Source of the DNA: Patescibacteria group bacterium
GTDB lineage: Bacteria; Patescibacteriota; Microgenomatia; UBA1400; PJMF01
DNA: 64,000 bases
Assembly: GCA_045541795.1 (NCBI GenBank)
Contig: JAZQJV010000018.1
Coordinates: forward strand, 37,857 to 101,856
Reading direction: 5' to 3'
This document shows positions 46,149 to 55,572 of this stretch, one piece after another; the first letter of the stretch is position 1; each line of letters starts with the position of its first letter. The notes beneath the pieces were generated by a model. That model worked only from the letters and a program-made list of their open reading frames with translations. It made no database searches and was not told the origin of the DNA. The position numbers and the translations under genes were made by a program.

Positions 46149-47678
46149 ATGAAAAAATTTAATAAAGTTTTACTCGTGATTATGGACGGCTGGGGCATTG
46201 CTCCGGATGGTCCCGATAACGCCATCAGCGTCGCCCGTACTCCATTTTATGACCGATTGATGGCTACAGATTTATCAGCTACCTTGGCAGCTTCTGGTGA
46301 GGCCGTCGGCCTGCCGGCTGGCCAGATGGGCACATCCGAGGTCAATCATCTTACGATCGGTTCTGGTCGTGTAGTTTTCCAGGACTTGGTCAAAATTAAT
46401 AAAGCCATAGGCGATAAAAGCTTTTTCCACAATCAGGCTTTTATTAAGGCTTTCGAGCACGTCAAAAAGCATGGATCTACCCTCCATATCCAAGGTTTAC
46501 TCTCGCCTGGAGGTGTCCATTCTCACGAAAACCATATTTTTTCACTGTTACAAGCAGCCAAAGAGTACGGCCTGCAGCGTGTGTACTTGCACGTGTTTAC
46601 CGATGGCCGCGATACGCTACCGCAGACGGCCAAAAAATATGTGCACGAGCTAGAAGAATTTATGAAGAAAATCGGCATTGGTCAGATTGCTTCTATCTCA
46701 GGTCGTTATTATGCGATGGATCGTGATCACAACTGGGAGCGCACCGATAAAACCTTTGACGTCCTTTGCGGCAAAGCAGATAGTGCCCACCGCTTTCATT
46801 CCATTGAAGAAGCTATTGATTACAACTACGCTCACGGCCGTAGTGATGAGTTCATCGAACCAGCCTTGATTGAAATTAATCATGACGGCGAAGTTGGCTG
46901 CATTTCCACTCACGACGCTGTGATTTTTGCCAATTTCCGCAATGATCGCACCCGTCAGCTTACGGAGCGCATTCTTGACGTCAAAAAGAGCGAAGATCTG
47001 GAATTTGTCACCATGACTAAGTACAAGCCAGAATATCAGGTGCTAGTTGCCTTTGAACCAGAGGATCTGCGTGAGACTTTGGGAGAAGTCCTCTCGGCCG
47101 CCGGCAAAAAGCAACTCCGGGTGACAGAAACTGAAAAATTTGCTCATTTGACGTTCTTTTTTAATGCCAAACGCGAAGCCGCTTTTGAAGGCGAAGATCG
47201 GATGATGATTGATTCTTACTCAGACATTAAAACGCACGATCAAAAGCCATATATGCGCACGCCAGAAATTACCAGGCGCCTCTTGCAAGAACTTGGCGGT
47301 GGTTACTATGATTTCATCGCCACCAATTTGTGTAACGCTGATATGGTCGGGCACTCCGGCAAGATGGCTCCGACAATTGTAGGCATAGAAACGATAGATC
47401 AGGCACTCTCACAAATTGTGCCTGAAGCCATCAAAAACGGCTATCACGTGATTATCACTGCCGATCACGGCAATGCTGACGAAATGCGCGATCCGGACAC
47501 CGGCGAGCCCAAAACCTCCCACACCACCAATCCCGTACCATTTATCCTGGTAAGCCCAGATAAGAGTATCACTAGTCTTACTCATTACCAGGGTCTGCTC
47601 AGTGACATTGCCCCAACTATCCTCACACTGATGGATTTACCAGTGCCAAAGGCGATGACGGGTCGGTCGCTGGTGTAA
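46149..47678 (+). CDS. gpmI: 2,3-bisphosphoglycerate-independent phosphoglycerate mutase
   Basis: IMDGWG, GQMGTSEVNH, DGRD, GRYYAMDRD, ETEKFAH, DMVGH and TADHGN motifs; SD AAGGAG. Confidence 0.97.
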   Translation: MKKFNKVLLVIMDGWGIAPDGPDNAISVARTPFYDRLMATDLSATLAASGEAVGLPAGQMGTSEVNHLTIGSGRVVFQDLVKINKAIGDKSFFHNQAFIKAFEHVKKHGSTLHIQGLLSPGGVHSHENHIFSLLQAAKEYGLQRVYLHVFTDGRDTLPQTAKKYVHELEEFMKKIGIGQIASISGRYYAMDRDHNWERTDKTFDVLCGKADSAHRFHSIEEAIDYNYAHGRSDEFIEPALIEINHDGEVGCISTHDAVIFANFRNDRTRQLTERILDVKKSEDLEFVTMTKYKPEYQVLVAFEPEDLRETLGEVLSAAGKKQLRVTETEKFAHLTFFFNAKREAAFEGEDRMMIDSYSDIKTHDQKPYMRTPEITRRLLQELGGGYYDFIATNLCNADMVGHSGKMAPTIVGIETIDQALSQIVPEAIKNGYHVIITADHGNADEMRDPDTGEPKTSHTTNPVPFILVSPDKSITSLTHYQGLLSDIAPTILTLMDLPVPKAMTGRSLV

Positions 47679-47732
47679 TTGCTAGCGCTAAAATGACTAG
47701 TTTGTGGTATAATAGGGAAAAAGGAGCCGGAT

Positions 47733-48197
47733 ATGAACGAAAACAAACAACTTATCATCGTCGCTGTTTTATCAGCACTGGCAATATTTTTAGGTATTGG
47801 TGGCGGCTGGTTGCTCCGTGGGACTGGCACTACTCGCAGTGGCGGTGCTAGTGTGGACGGTGATGAACCCGTTGCGGTGACGGCTACAGTGGCTTCTGAT
47901 GTTTCTGCCATCAAAAAGGGCGATGTTTTTGGTAGCAGTAATCCTGATGATTTTGTCGATAGTGCTCAAGGTTATCTGCAAGCCGGTGGCGCTCATGGAG
48001 AGGGTTCTCACGCGCTACTGCGCCAAGGTGGCGCCAGTCAGACAGTATATTTGACGTCTTCCGTCACTGACCTTGATAAATTTGTCGGCATGGACATCCG
48101 CGTCTGGGGAGAAACATTTTCTGGTCAGTCCGTGGGTTGGCTCATGGATGTAGGACGAGTAGAAGTGATCAATCCCCAAGGTACCGATCCAAGTTAA
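47733..48197 (+). CDS. Membrane-anchored hypothetical protein
   Basis: N-terminal TM helix, SD AAGGAG, own TGTGGTATAAT promoter. Confidence 0.75.
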   Translation: MNENKQLIIVAVLSALAIFLGIGGGWLLRGTGTTRSGGASVDGDEPVAVTATVASDVSAIKKGDVFGSSNPDDFVDSAQGYLQAGGAHGEGSHALLRQGGASQTVYLTSSVTDLDKFVGMDIRVWGETFSGQSVGWLMDVGRVEVINPQGTDPS

Positions 48198-48203
48198 GGC
48201 TAT

Positions 48204-48518
48204 ATGTTGGGTTTAGATACCAAGCCACAATTCATCAAATATCGGCTCTGGAATAACCGTCGCCCAATCACAGTGGTTTTTGCCGATGGCGAAGTCTGGC
48301 TCAATCAAAACCAAGTGGCCGAGCTTTACAAATTACAATTGTCTACTGTTAATGAACACTTACGCAAAATCACCGTGAGCGATGGCCCTTATCCTGCTAA
48401 GCACTATGCTCGGCGTTTCCGCACTCCGGGCAAAGACGGTAAACTGTATGAAGTCTGGCACTATCGTCTGGAGGCGGTGGAAGCATTAAGCAGCCGTACC
48501 CGCAAGAGTTCGCTTTAA
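48204..48518 (+). CDS. RhuM-family N-terminal-like DNA-binding fragment
   Basis: EVWLNQNQVAELY..TVNEHLRKI and RRFRTPGKDGKLYEVWHYRLEA resemble the RhuM/Fic-associated N-terminus. Confidence 0.6.
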   Translation: MLGLDTKPQFIKYRLWNNRRPITVVFADGEVWLNQNQVAELYKLQLSTVNEHLRKITVSDGPYPAKHYARRFRTPGKDGKLYEVWHYRLEAVEALSSRTRKSSL

Positions 48519-48520
48519 AA

Positions 48521-49282
48521 CTATTTTTTTTCTTTACTCGTGACGCCTTGCGCTGCTTGATAAAGCGGCAAGATCTTACTTGTGTTGCCGAACTTTTTAA
48601 TTTGTCCGTGGTCCAGCCAAAGGCATTTATCAGTTAAATTGGCGACGCTCGTTAGATTATGACTGACTATCAACACTGTCCGCCCCTCATCGCGTACCAG
48701 CTGTCTCACTTTGTCAAGACTTTTTTTCTGGAAGGCGCTGTCGCCCACACTGAGCACCTCATCAATAATCATTATTTCACTGGCCAAAAATGCACTAATG
48801 GAAAAGGCTAAGCGGGTGTACATGCCAGACGAATAATATTTTACCGGATCATCCAAAAAATTTGCGACGCCAGAAAACTCCACGATTTCGGCAAAATGCG
48901 CATCTATCTCAGCCTTACTCATTCCTAAAATCGTGCCATTTAAATAAATGTTTTCGCGGCCCGAAAGCTCAGGATGAAATCCCGTGCCCACTTCAAGCAT
49001 TGAAGCTACACGTCCGCGTAGTATCGCTTGGCCAGTGGTCGGCCTGGTCACTTTAGACAAGATTTTAAAAAGCGTACTTTTACCAGCGCCATTGTGACCA
49101 ATTACACCTAGCACTTGCCCTTCCTCCAAACTAAAACTGATATTTTGCAGCGCCCAAAACTCATGTCGAGGCACTTGTCGGCCCAGCGTCAAGAGTTTTT
49201 CCCGCAGTGTGGGAAAACTAGGCTCTAAGCCCGTTCGCTTGTAATAACGCTTGCCGATACCGTCTACCTCAATCATTTTCAT
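48521..49282 (-). CDS. wzt: Polysaccharide ABC exporter, ATPase subunit
   Basis: FWALQNISF, GHNGAGKST, GFHPELSGRENI, YSSGMYTRLAF and IIDEVLSVGD motifs. Confidence 0.92.
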   Translation of the reverse strand: MKMIEVDGIGKRYYKRTGLEPSFPTLREKLLTLGRQVPRHEFWALQNISFSLEEGQVLGVIGHNGAGKSTLFKILSKVTRPTTGQAILRGRVASMLEVGTGFHPELSGRENIYLNGTILGMSKAEIDAHFAEIVEFSGVANFLDDPVKYYSSGMYTRLAFSISAFLASEIMIIDEVLSVGDSAFQKKSLDKVRQLVRDEGRTVLIVSHNLTSVANLTDKCLWLDHGQIKKFGNTSKILPLYQAAQGVTSKEKK

Positions 49283-49283
49283 A

Positions 49284-50111
49284 TTATGCCCGGTCTATCA
49301 AGTCTGATTCTTTGCGGCGGAAAAAAGCTAGGCCAGCGGCCGCCACCGCCACACCCAGTATCAGCTGTAAGCCCCAAGCCCACAGATCAATCTGCCCAGT
49401 CAAAAGTCCTGCTCGCACAAATTCCAGGATCCCTGTCACCGGATTGAGGTGAGCAATGAGCTCTAGTTTTCCTGATAAAAGCCCCCGGTCATAAAAAACC
49501 GGAGTGAGGTAAAACCAAATTTGCACTATAAATGGTACTAAGTGCCGGACGTCACGGTACATCACGCTCAGCGCCGAAGTGATCAGGCCCAGGCCTGCCG
49601 CCCACAAGAAAATGTTGACAGTCCCTAAGATGTAAGCTACTATACCGATACTTGTCGGCCACACGTGCTGCCAGCACATCGCCGCGATTAAAAATATCGT
49701 CCCGATACCGTAATCAAAAAGCTGACGAAAGACTATCGTGAGTGGGATATAAGCACGCGGGAAGTAAATTTTCCTGATAATCCCAGCTTGCTCATATACG
49801 CTTCCGCTGGCTGCCCCGATACAGCTAGAAAAAAACTGCCAGAGAGTAAAACCAGTAAGAGTACTCAGCAAATAATTGCTGTCATTGTTACTATTAAACA
49901 CTCGTGCGAGCACCAGCGTAAAAATCAAAGTGGATAGCGCCGGCTGTAGCACCACCCAAATCACTCCCAAAAAAGTATTTTTATAACGCACACGTAAATC
50001 TCTTTTGACCAAAGCCCAAAGAAGCGCTCGTCGTGACCATAACTCCGCCAAGCCCAAATCGCCAAAACTGCGTTTACTGGTGATTATTTCTTGGTAGCCA
50101 CGTGTGTGCAT
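49284..50111 (-). CDS. wzm: Polysaccharide ABC exporter, permease subunit
   Basis: RDLRVRYKNTFLGVIWVVLQP, KIYFPR, YRDV, FYLTPVFY and LNP motifs. Confidence 0.92.
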   Translation of the reverse strand: MHTRGYQEIITSKRSFGDLGLAELWSRRALLWALVKRDLRVRYKNTFLGVIWVVLQPALSTLIFTLVLARVFNSNNDSNYLLSTLTGFTLWQFFSSCIGAASGSVYEQAGIIRKIYFPRAYIPLTIVFRQLFDYGIGTIFLIAAMCWQHVWPTSIGIVAYILGTVNIFLWAAGLGLITSALSVMYRDVRHLVPFIVQIWFYLTPVFYDRGLLSGKLELIAHLNPVTGILEFVRAGLLTGQIDLWAWGLQLILGVAVAAAGLAFFRRKESDLIDRA

Positions 50112-50130
50112 ATTGCTGATTATATCATAC

Positions 50131-50721
50131 TTAGGTAGTTTTTGGCGGGCGCATGTGAATTCCTGTCTGTCTGCCGACCAAAAGATACCACCAAATCCCG
50201 GAAATAATTACCAAGCAACCAGTCAGCACCGGTGTAAACAAAAAGTGCGCGAACCGGAAAAACAAAAAGCTCGCGCTGCTGATAGCTACCCATGTTCCCC
50301 AGGCGGGTTTTTGGAAAAGATAAGTCACCACTGACCAGTTAGCGCCAGCGAGTAGTAATTGCACTAGTAAATATGAATCCGGGAAAAGCCAATTGGCAAA
50401 AACCGCCGGATCCGTGCGGCGCACTAACATGTAAAGCAGGCTGTAAAAAAAGATTCCCAAAATCAAAAGTGGTGACGTCCGGTAATAATTACCCCAAAAA
50501 CTTTTTTTGGCCGTCGCTTGCGCTTCTTCATTATTAAGCGCTGCACTCCTCTCTCTAACTGTCACTGCTTCCGGTGTGATTGGCCTATTCTTTTGTTCTC
50601 TCCTAAGCACAGGCGTGCGCACTAGCCTCCTGGAGACATTCGTCGGCGCAGGCGCCTGCTCACTCACCTCCGTGGTCAAATGTCTTTTCACTGGACTAAT
50701 TTCTACCACCTCACTCATCAC
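50131..50721 (-). CDS. Hypothetical membrane protein
   Basis: About 4 TM helices; within an operon-like run. Confidence 0.65.
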   Translation of the reverse strand: MMSEVVEISPVKRHLTTEVSEQAPAPTNVSRRLVRTPVLRREQKNRPITPEAVTVRERSAALNNEEAQATAKKSFWGNYYRTSPLLILGIFFYSLLYMLVRRTDPAVFANWLFPDSYLLVQLLLAGANWSVVTYLFQKPAWGTWVAISSASFLFFRFAHFLFTPVLTGCLVIISGIWWYLLVGRQTGIHMRPPKTT

Positions 50722-51065
50722 TGATTTTCTATGCCGCGGAATTTTTGCGGCTGCTTATTATTACTGCGTGTAGGCTTGATTTTGCTCTTGCGGGCGACTT
50801 TTGGCGTTTTGGCGTCACTTAGTAATTCTTTGCGGATCTGCATTAGCCACTCGTAAAGACTAAAATCTGCCCCGATCAGACGTTTGCTCTCGCGTAGTCT
50901 GTCACATGTTTCCTGCCAGTCATGCTCAATCTCGCGGCTTACTTGTCGGCCTTCAGGCGTATGTTTGATGAAATAATCAAAAAGTGCCAAAAGCTCAGCT
51001 AAATTCTCGCCGTTATCACGTGCATTTTCCAGCTGCTGGTCAATGTTTTCTACGTTGACTTCCAT
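50718..51065 (-). CDS. Hypothetical protein
   Basis: Overlaps both neighbouring genes in operon fashion. Confidence 0.65.
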   Translation of the reverse strand: MEVNVENIDQQLENARDNGENLAELLALFDYFIKHTPEGRQVSREIEHDWQETCDRLRESKRLIGADFSLYEWLMQIRKELLSDAKTPKVARKSKIKPTRSNNKQPQKFRGIENQ

Positions 51066-51334
51066 TATTTACGTTTTTTCAGCCACAGTGAAAACGCGTC
51101 AAAAGCCTTCATTCCTCCGGCCACGCCAGAAGCCAAACTGCCGAGCGTTCGGATAGGATTCACCAATAAATCCAATTTTTCGTCCGCATTCTTTATCAAA
51201 TGATCGCCACTGACTAAAAGTCGACGCGCATCTTTGATCAGCAAAAAAAGCTGGACGCCAAGCACCACCAATACTACGGCCACAACAGTCATGACTACTA
51301 TCAATACAATTGGGACAACTTGATCTGGACTCAT
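51065..51334 (-). CDS. Small membrane protein (DUF948-like)
   Basis: N-terminal TM helix plus an amphipathic helix. Confidence 0.6.
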   Translation of the reverse strand: MSPDQVVPIVLIVVMTVVAVVLVVLGVQLFLLIKDARRLLVSGDHLIKNADEKLDLLVNPIRTLGSLASGVAGGMKAFDAFSLWLKKRK

Positions 51335-51355
51335 CAGGTTCTTTCCTTGTACTTA

Positions 51356-51796
51356 TTATTTCGCCAGTAAACGCTCTACTGCTGCTTTTACCCGCGCTCC
51401 GTCACACTGACCGGCAACTTGTTTCATCACTTGTCCCACCAAACGGCCACTATTGCTTGTATCGCTGGCTTCAGCAATGATCTTTTTGACTACTTCATCC
51501 AATTGTGCTTCGCTTAATTGCTGCGGTAAGTACTTCTCCATTACTTGGATTTTTGCCTTTTCTTGCGCGGCGAGGTCACTGCGACCGGCAGCTTCAAACT
51601 CATTTACTGCCTCTTTAGATTTTTTGACTTGTGAAGCAATGATTTTTTGCAGATCGCCATCCGTATTGCCAGCTCCATCTATTTGCGCGTTTTGGATGGT
51701 GGAGCGCAAAAAACGGATCACTTGCAGTGTCTCCATGTCATGCGCTTTCATCGCCGTCTTCATGTCATCCATCAGTTGTGCTTCTAGTGTCATCAT
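51356..51796 (-). CDS. yqeY: GatB/YqeY domain protein
   Basis: DMKTAMKA, AGRSDLAAQE, YLPQQLS and GQVMK motifs. Confidence 0.9.
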   Translation of the reverse strand: MMTLEAQLMDDMKTAMKAHDMETLQVIRFLRSTIQNAQIDGAGNTDGDLQKIIASQVKKSKEAVNEFEAAGRSDLAAQEKAKIQVMEKYLPQQLSEAQLDEVVKKIIAEASDTSNSGRLVGQVMKQVAGQCDGARVKAAVERLLAK

Positions 51797-51825
51797 TTCT
51801 TTCTAATTATTTGCAATTATCCATA

Positions 51826-53094
51826 TTATACACCTTTTTTGGGCAAAACTCGCCTGTGTTTGTAGGCTAAACGCAACCCGGATATAATTAAGTAAATACT
51901 CACCGGGGCTAAAGTGATCAGCTGCTGAGTAAAATGGAGCTGCTCGGTGTGCTCGCCGATCCACAAAAAAGGTACGTATCGAAGCATCGCGCTTAGTGAC
52001 AAAATGTAAAACGCCATCACTGACATTTTTGCCCGTGCCAAAGGTACAAAGATTAGCGCCCAAGACAAATACCACGGATGAAAACGTTGGGCGCGACTGG
52101 TTAAAAGCGGTAGGAACATTGCGACGGCGCATAGATCAAAAAAGTATTTATCAACCCATAAAAACAAAGTGCGCACTTTTGGGATCAGTACTTTCGAGTT
52201 TTTAAGCAGCCGACTACATAATTCCTCGATTTTGCTGCCAAGAATTAAGTACAACCAAGCCGGTAATAATGCGAGCGTCGCATATTTGATGGAGAGAGAA
52301 AAAATTAAGCACAAAGCAGAAACGACCATAGTTTTGAGCGTTTTTTTGTGTCCGCGCGGATAGAGCAAAAATACTGACCATAAAGCTGGCAGCATCATCC
52401 ATAAATCATTATGGATATTACCGATAATTTCAATCAACACCAAAGGACTAAGGCAAAACAGCCACCAAGCGTCATTATCTCGCTCAGGATAAATTTTGCG
52501 CACGCCATAAATAAGGCAATATGCGACCGCAATTAATAAGACTACATTAAAAAGGCGAAAACTCCACCATGACAAGCTAAATTTCCCCATGCCTAGCGCC
52601 AACGGCAACAGTGATACCCCAGTCCAACCGTAACCATAAGGAGCAGGAGTGTGCACATTGTGCATAAAACGAGTCCAGTCGTCAGCCTGATAATCCAAAG
52701 CCGTCTTTACATGAGGATTATCATGATACACGCTCACTATTTTGGCATTAAAAAGATAATTAAATACATCACTGGATAAAGCATTATACGCAAAAAGCAG
52801 CGGTATTATGGCCGGCAAGATGGTAAATAACACTGACCATCGACCAATTGTTTTTGCTGGGGTCATTTTTTTGGCCAAGGCCACAAATACCAAAAATAAC
52901 AAACCGATGATGACAGCATAAATTAGCGCCCCTTGCGGACGATGCATACTAAAATATGTAGTCAGCCAATTTTGTATCGCCACGTAATTTTCCTGGGTGC
53001 TAAAATATAAATTGGGATTAACCAGCAGCCACGACCACACGGAGTAAGCCCACAGGAGTAAACTATAAATAATAATCAATCCATATTTTTTCAT
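51826..53094 (-). CDS. GT-C membrane glycosyltransferase (MptA/MptB-like)
   Basis: LSSDVFNY, NPH, PYG, PLVLIE..NIHND, SIK and HPWY motifs. Confidence 0.75.
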   Translation of the reverse strand: MKKYGLIIIYSLLLWAYSVWSWLLVNPNLYFSTQENYVAIQNWLTTYFSMHRPQGALIYAVIIGLLFLVFVALAKKMTPAKTIGRWSVLFTILPAIIPLLFAYNALSSDVFNYLFNAKIVSVYHDNPHVKTALDYQADDWTRFMHNVHTPAPYGYGWTGVSLLPLALGMGKFSLSWWSFRLFNVVLLIAVAYCLIYGVRKIYPERDNDAWWLFCLSPLVLIEIIGNIHNDLWMMLPALWSVFLLYPRGHKKTLKTMVVSALCLIFSLSIKYATLALLPAWLYLILGSKIEELCSRLLKNSKVLIPKVRTLFLWVDKYFFDLCAVAMFLPLLTSRAQRFHPWYLSWALIFVPLARAKMSVMAFYILSLSAMLRYVPFLWIGEHTEQLHFTQQLITLAPVSIYLIISGLRLAYKHRRVLPKKGV

Positions 53095-53873
53095 GATTGT
53101 TGCTTATATAAGCCTCGCCAACTTGCCAAACGGATCCGGATAATATCGCGCAACATCCGGACTGAGTCTTTTAGTGGGGCTACTCTCTGCGTTGGGCGGT
53201 GCTGCCATAATACTGGTATTTCCGCCACCGGGATGTGATTTTTGCGAGCCAGAAATAATAATTCCACGTCAAAAGCTCCCGTAAAGGCATCGCGAACATT
53301 GTTGCCGCGCGCATAAATCCGCAATTGAGGAAAAAGTTTGCGCGCAGCACTGGCGGAAAAAAGTTTAAAACCGCACTGCGAATCCTTTATCCCAGGTAGG
53401 ACGATTATCTGCGTGAGCAAATTAAAGCCTACCCCCATTATATGCCGATGCAGAGGTTCTTTTTCTCGCTTTGCTCCTTGTGCCGCCCGTGAGCCGATCA
53501 CGATTTGGTGATCTACTGTAGACGGCAAGAGTTTTTCTATCTCACTAAGCGGTGTGGATTGGTCAAAATCGCTAAAAAGCCGCCACTGACCTTTAGCCGC
53601 CAGCATCCCTGATGCCACAGTAGGGCCTTTGCCAGCGTGTTCCAATGCGAGCACCCGCCAACCTTCGTGGGATTGGCAAAATTCTTCTAGCAGTTTCCGG
53701 CTGCCGTCACTTGAGCCGTCGTCTGCAATAATGACTTCATATTTATAGTCCCGAGTATGCAAATATTTGTCTATTTTCCCCAAAACTCCCTTGGAAATAT
53801 TATTCATCTCATTGTAAGCCGGGAGCACCACTGATAAAAAAACACGCTCATTATTTATTGCTTTATTGGTCAT
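53091..53873 (-). CDS. Polyprenyl/dolichyl-phosphate glycosyltransferase (GT2, Alg5-like)
   Basis: PAYNE, DDGSSD, GKG, DFDQSTP, DSQCGFKLF and FDVELL motifs. Confidence 0.88.
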   Translation of the reverse strand: MTNKAINNERVFLSVVLPAYNEMNNISKGVLGKIDKYLHTRDYKYEVIIADDGSSDGSRKLLEEFCQSHEGWRVLALEHAGKGPTVASGMLAAKGQWRLFSDFDQSTPLSEIEKLLPSTVDHQIVIGSRAAQGAKREKEPLHRHIMGVGFNLLTQIIVLPGIKDSQCGFKLFSASAARKLFPQLRIYARGNNVRDAFTGAFDVELLFLARKNHIPVAEIPVLWQHRPTQRVAPLKDSVRMLRDIIRIRLASWRGLYKQQS

Positions 53874-55570
53874 ATGTCCTCTTCTAAGTCTGCCGCCACG
53901 CCAGAGCTTTGCCGGTACAAGCGGTATACGTCACGCTGAGCATCACTAAACATCAGCTCATACGTGGCCTCAGGCAAATTGCGGAAAACTACCAGCTCAT
54001 AGCTCGGATTATCATACAAATTAATATCTCGCATTTCATCGATAACGATGAAATCGTCACCAAGCAAAAATTGATCATGCGGTAAAATTTTATCAGTCAA
54101 GCTCTCAAAAAAATAGCGGTAATGCTCGCCCCACAAATCACCATTACCGTCGATTAAAATAAAATCAAAGTGATGATCAGCCGGCAACATCTGTACAATT
54201 TTTTTGCATGCTTCCCAAGTACTGCGGTAGGGTAGACCGTTGGGTAGTAAATAATCGCTTGGGCGATTGGCAAACGCGAAAATGATCAAAAATACAGCGA
54301 TCATGACGGCATTGGTGCGCCAGCTAAAAGCCGTCAGCAGACATCCATAAACCAAAAAAAGTACCGGCAAAAAATACAGCACATAATGATCAAAGACCGA
54401 ATGCCGGTAAAAAGCGAGCGCCACAATTGTAAACACGCACGTCACCAAAAGAATCCACAAACCCGTGATCCGTTCATTTTGATCAGTGTGAAATAATGTC
54501 CGTAATTTTGTCCATAATCTCGAGGCATGTGTCTGCTGACGGTAATTTGTGATCGTCTCTCGACCAACTAGAGCTATAAAAGCCAACAGCACCATCAGAC
54601 CATAGCTGACGCGCATCCAGTATACGCCGCTGCCTAAAAAAGCTAAATCTGCCTCAATCTTGGGGAAAGATAAAGTAGTAAAAATGTGAGCAATACGGCC
54701 AAAAATTCCCAGTGCACCGGTAAAAACACTAATGAATATATTCGTATCGGCAAAACTCGATTCCGCAGTAAATATTCCTCCTAATGCTTTGAAGTTTAGC
54801 CAACCATGTTTCCAGTCAAAAAGGAAAAGCGGTACACATGTGAGCACAAAAATCATCACCGCTTGCATCGAAACTAACCAAAACTTTTTTTGTTCAGCTT
54901 TTTGTTTTTGCTTGGTAATTTGAACCGCTTGTAGCAGCCAAAAAAACCCTGCTACCGCTACCAATATGAGATTGACGTAATGTAGCTGGATCAAAATCCC
55001 GGCCAAAAGTGCCACTAAACGCCAACTGCGTGCCGTCTTCACGAGCGAGGCGTGGATGAAGTATAATGTCAGCACTGAAAAAAACAATGATAAATTTGGA
55101 TTCCAACTAAAACGTGAATAAGTGGCTGCCACCGCTGAAATTGCCGTCAGGACGCAGGCGATCAAAGCGGCTTTTTTGCCCACAAGACGCTGTCCCAAAA
55201 AATAGACCAAGCCGATCGCGATGGTATTGACTAGGGCCACCGCAATTACCGGACCCAAAGGACTAGGATAAGAAAGCCACAACCAGGGCAACATAAAATA
55301 ATAATAAAACGGCCCTAAATACATATTACCGACACTGGTGACGGGTCCTATAAACACAGGATCTAATTTGCGCCAGATCGCTGAGACAATCATCGCGTCA
55401 CGCCCTTGATCACCCATAAACATCATTGTTTCCGGCAAGAGAAAAAGTCGCAACCAGCCACCCATCACGCAGGCAAGAATAACGATCGCAGCCCGCCAAG
55501 GTTCTGCCAGACACCAATGCCGCACACTGTGTGCTATGTTTCGCCAGTATGTACGCAGCATCTGGATCAT
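53870..55570 (-). CDS. ArnT/PMT-family (GT-C) glycosyltransferase
   Basis: GDQGRD, GPFYYY, SRFSWNP and QLHY motifs; multi-TM. Confidence 0.82.
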   Translation of the reverse strand: MIQMLRTYWRNIAHSVRHWCLAEPWRAAIVILACVMGGWLRLFLLPETMMFMGDQGRDAMIVSAIWRKLDPVFIGPVTSVGNMYLGPFYYYFMLPWLWLSYPSPLGPVIAVALVNTIAIGLVYFLGQRLVGKKAALIACVLTAISAVAATYSRFSWNPNLSLFFSVLTLYFIHASLVKTARSWRLVALLAGILIQLHYVNLILVAVAGFFWLLQAVQITKQKQKAEQKKFWLVSMQAVMIFVLTCVPLFLFDWKHGWLNFKALGGIFTAESSFADTNIFISVFTGALGIFGRIAHIFTTLSFPKIEADLAFLGSGVYWMRVSYGLMVLLAFIALVGRETITNYRQQTHASRLWTKLRTLFHTDQNERITGLWILLVTCVFTIVALAFYRHSVFDHYVLYFLPVLFLVYGCLLTAFSWRTNAVMIAVFLIIFAFANRPSDYLLPNGLPYRSTWEACKKIVQMLPADHHFDFILIDGNGDLWGEHYRYFFESLTDKILPHDQFLLGDDFIVIDEMRDINLYDNPSYELVVFRNLPEATYELMFSDAQRDVYRLYRQSSGVAADLEEDI

Positions 55571-55572
55571 GA

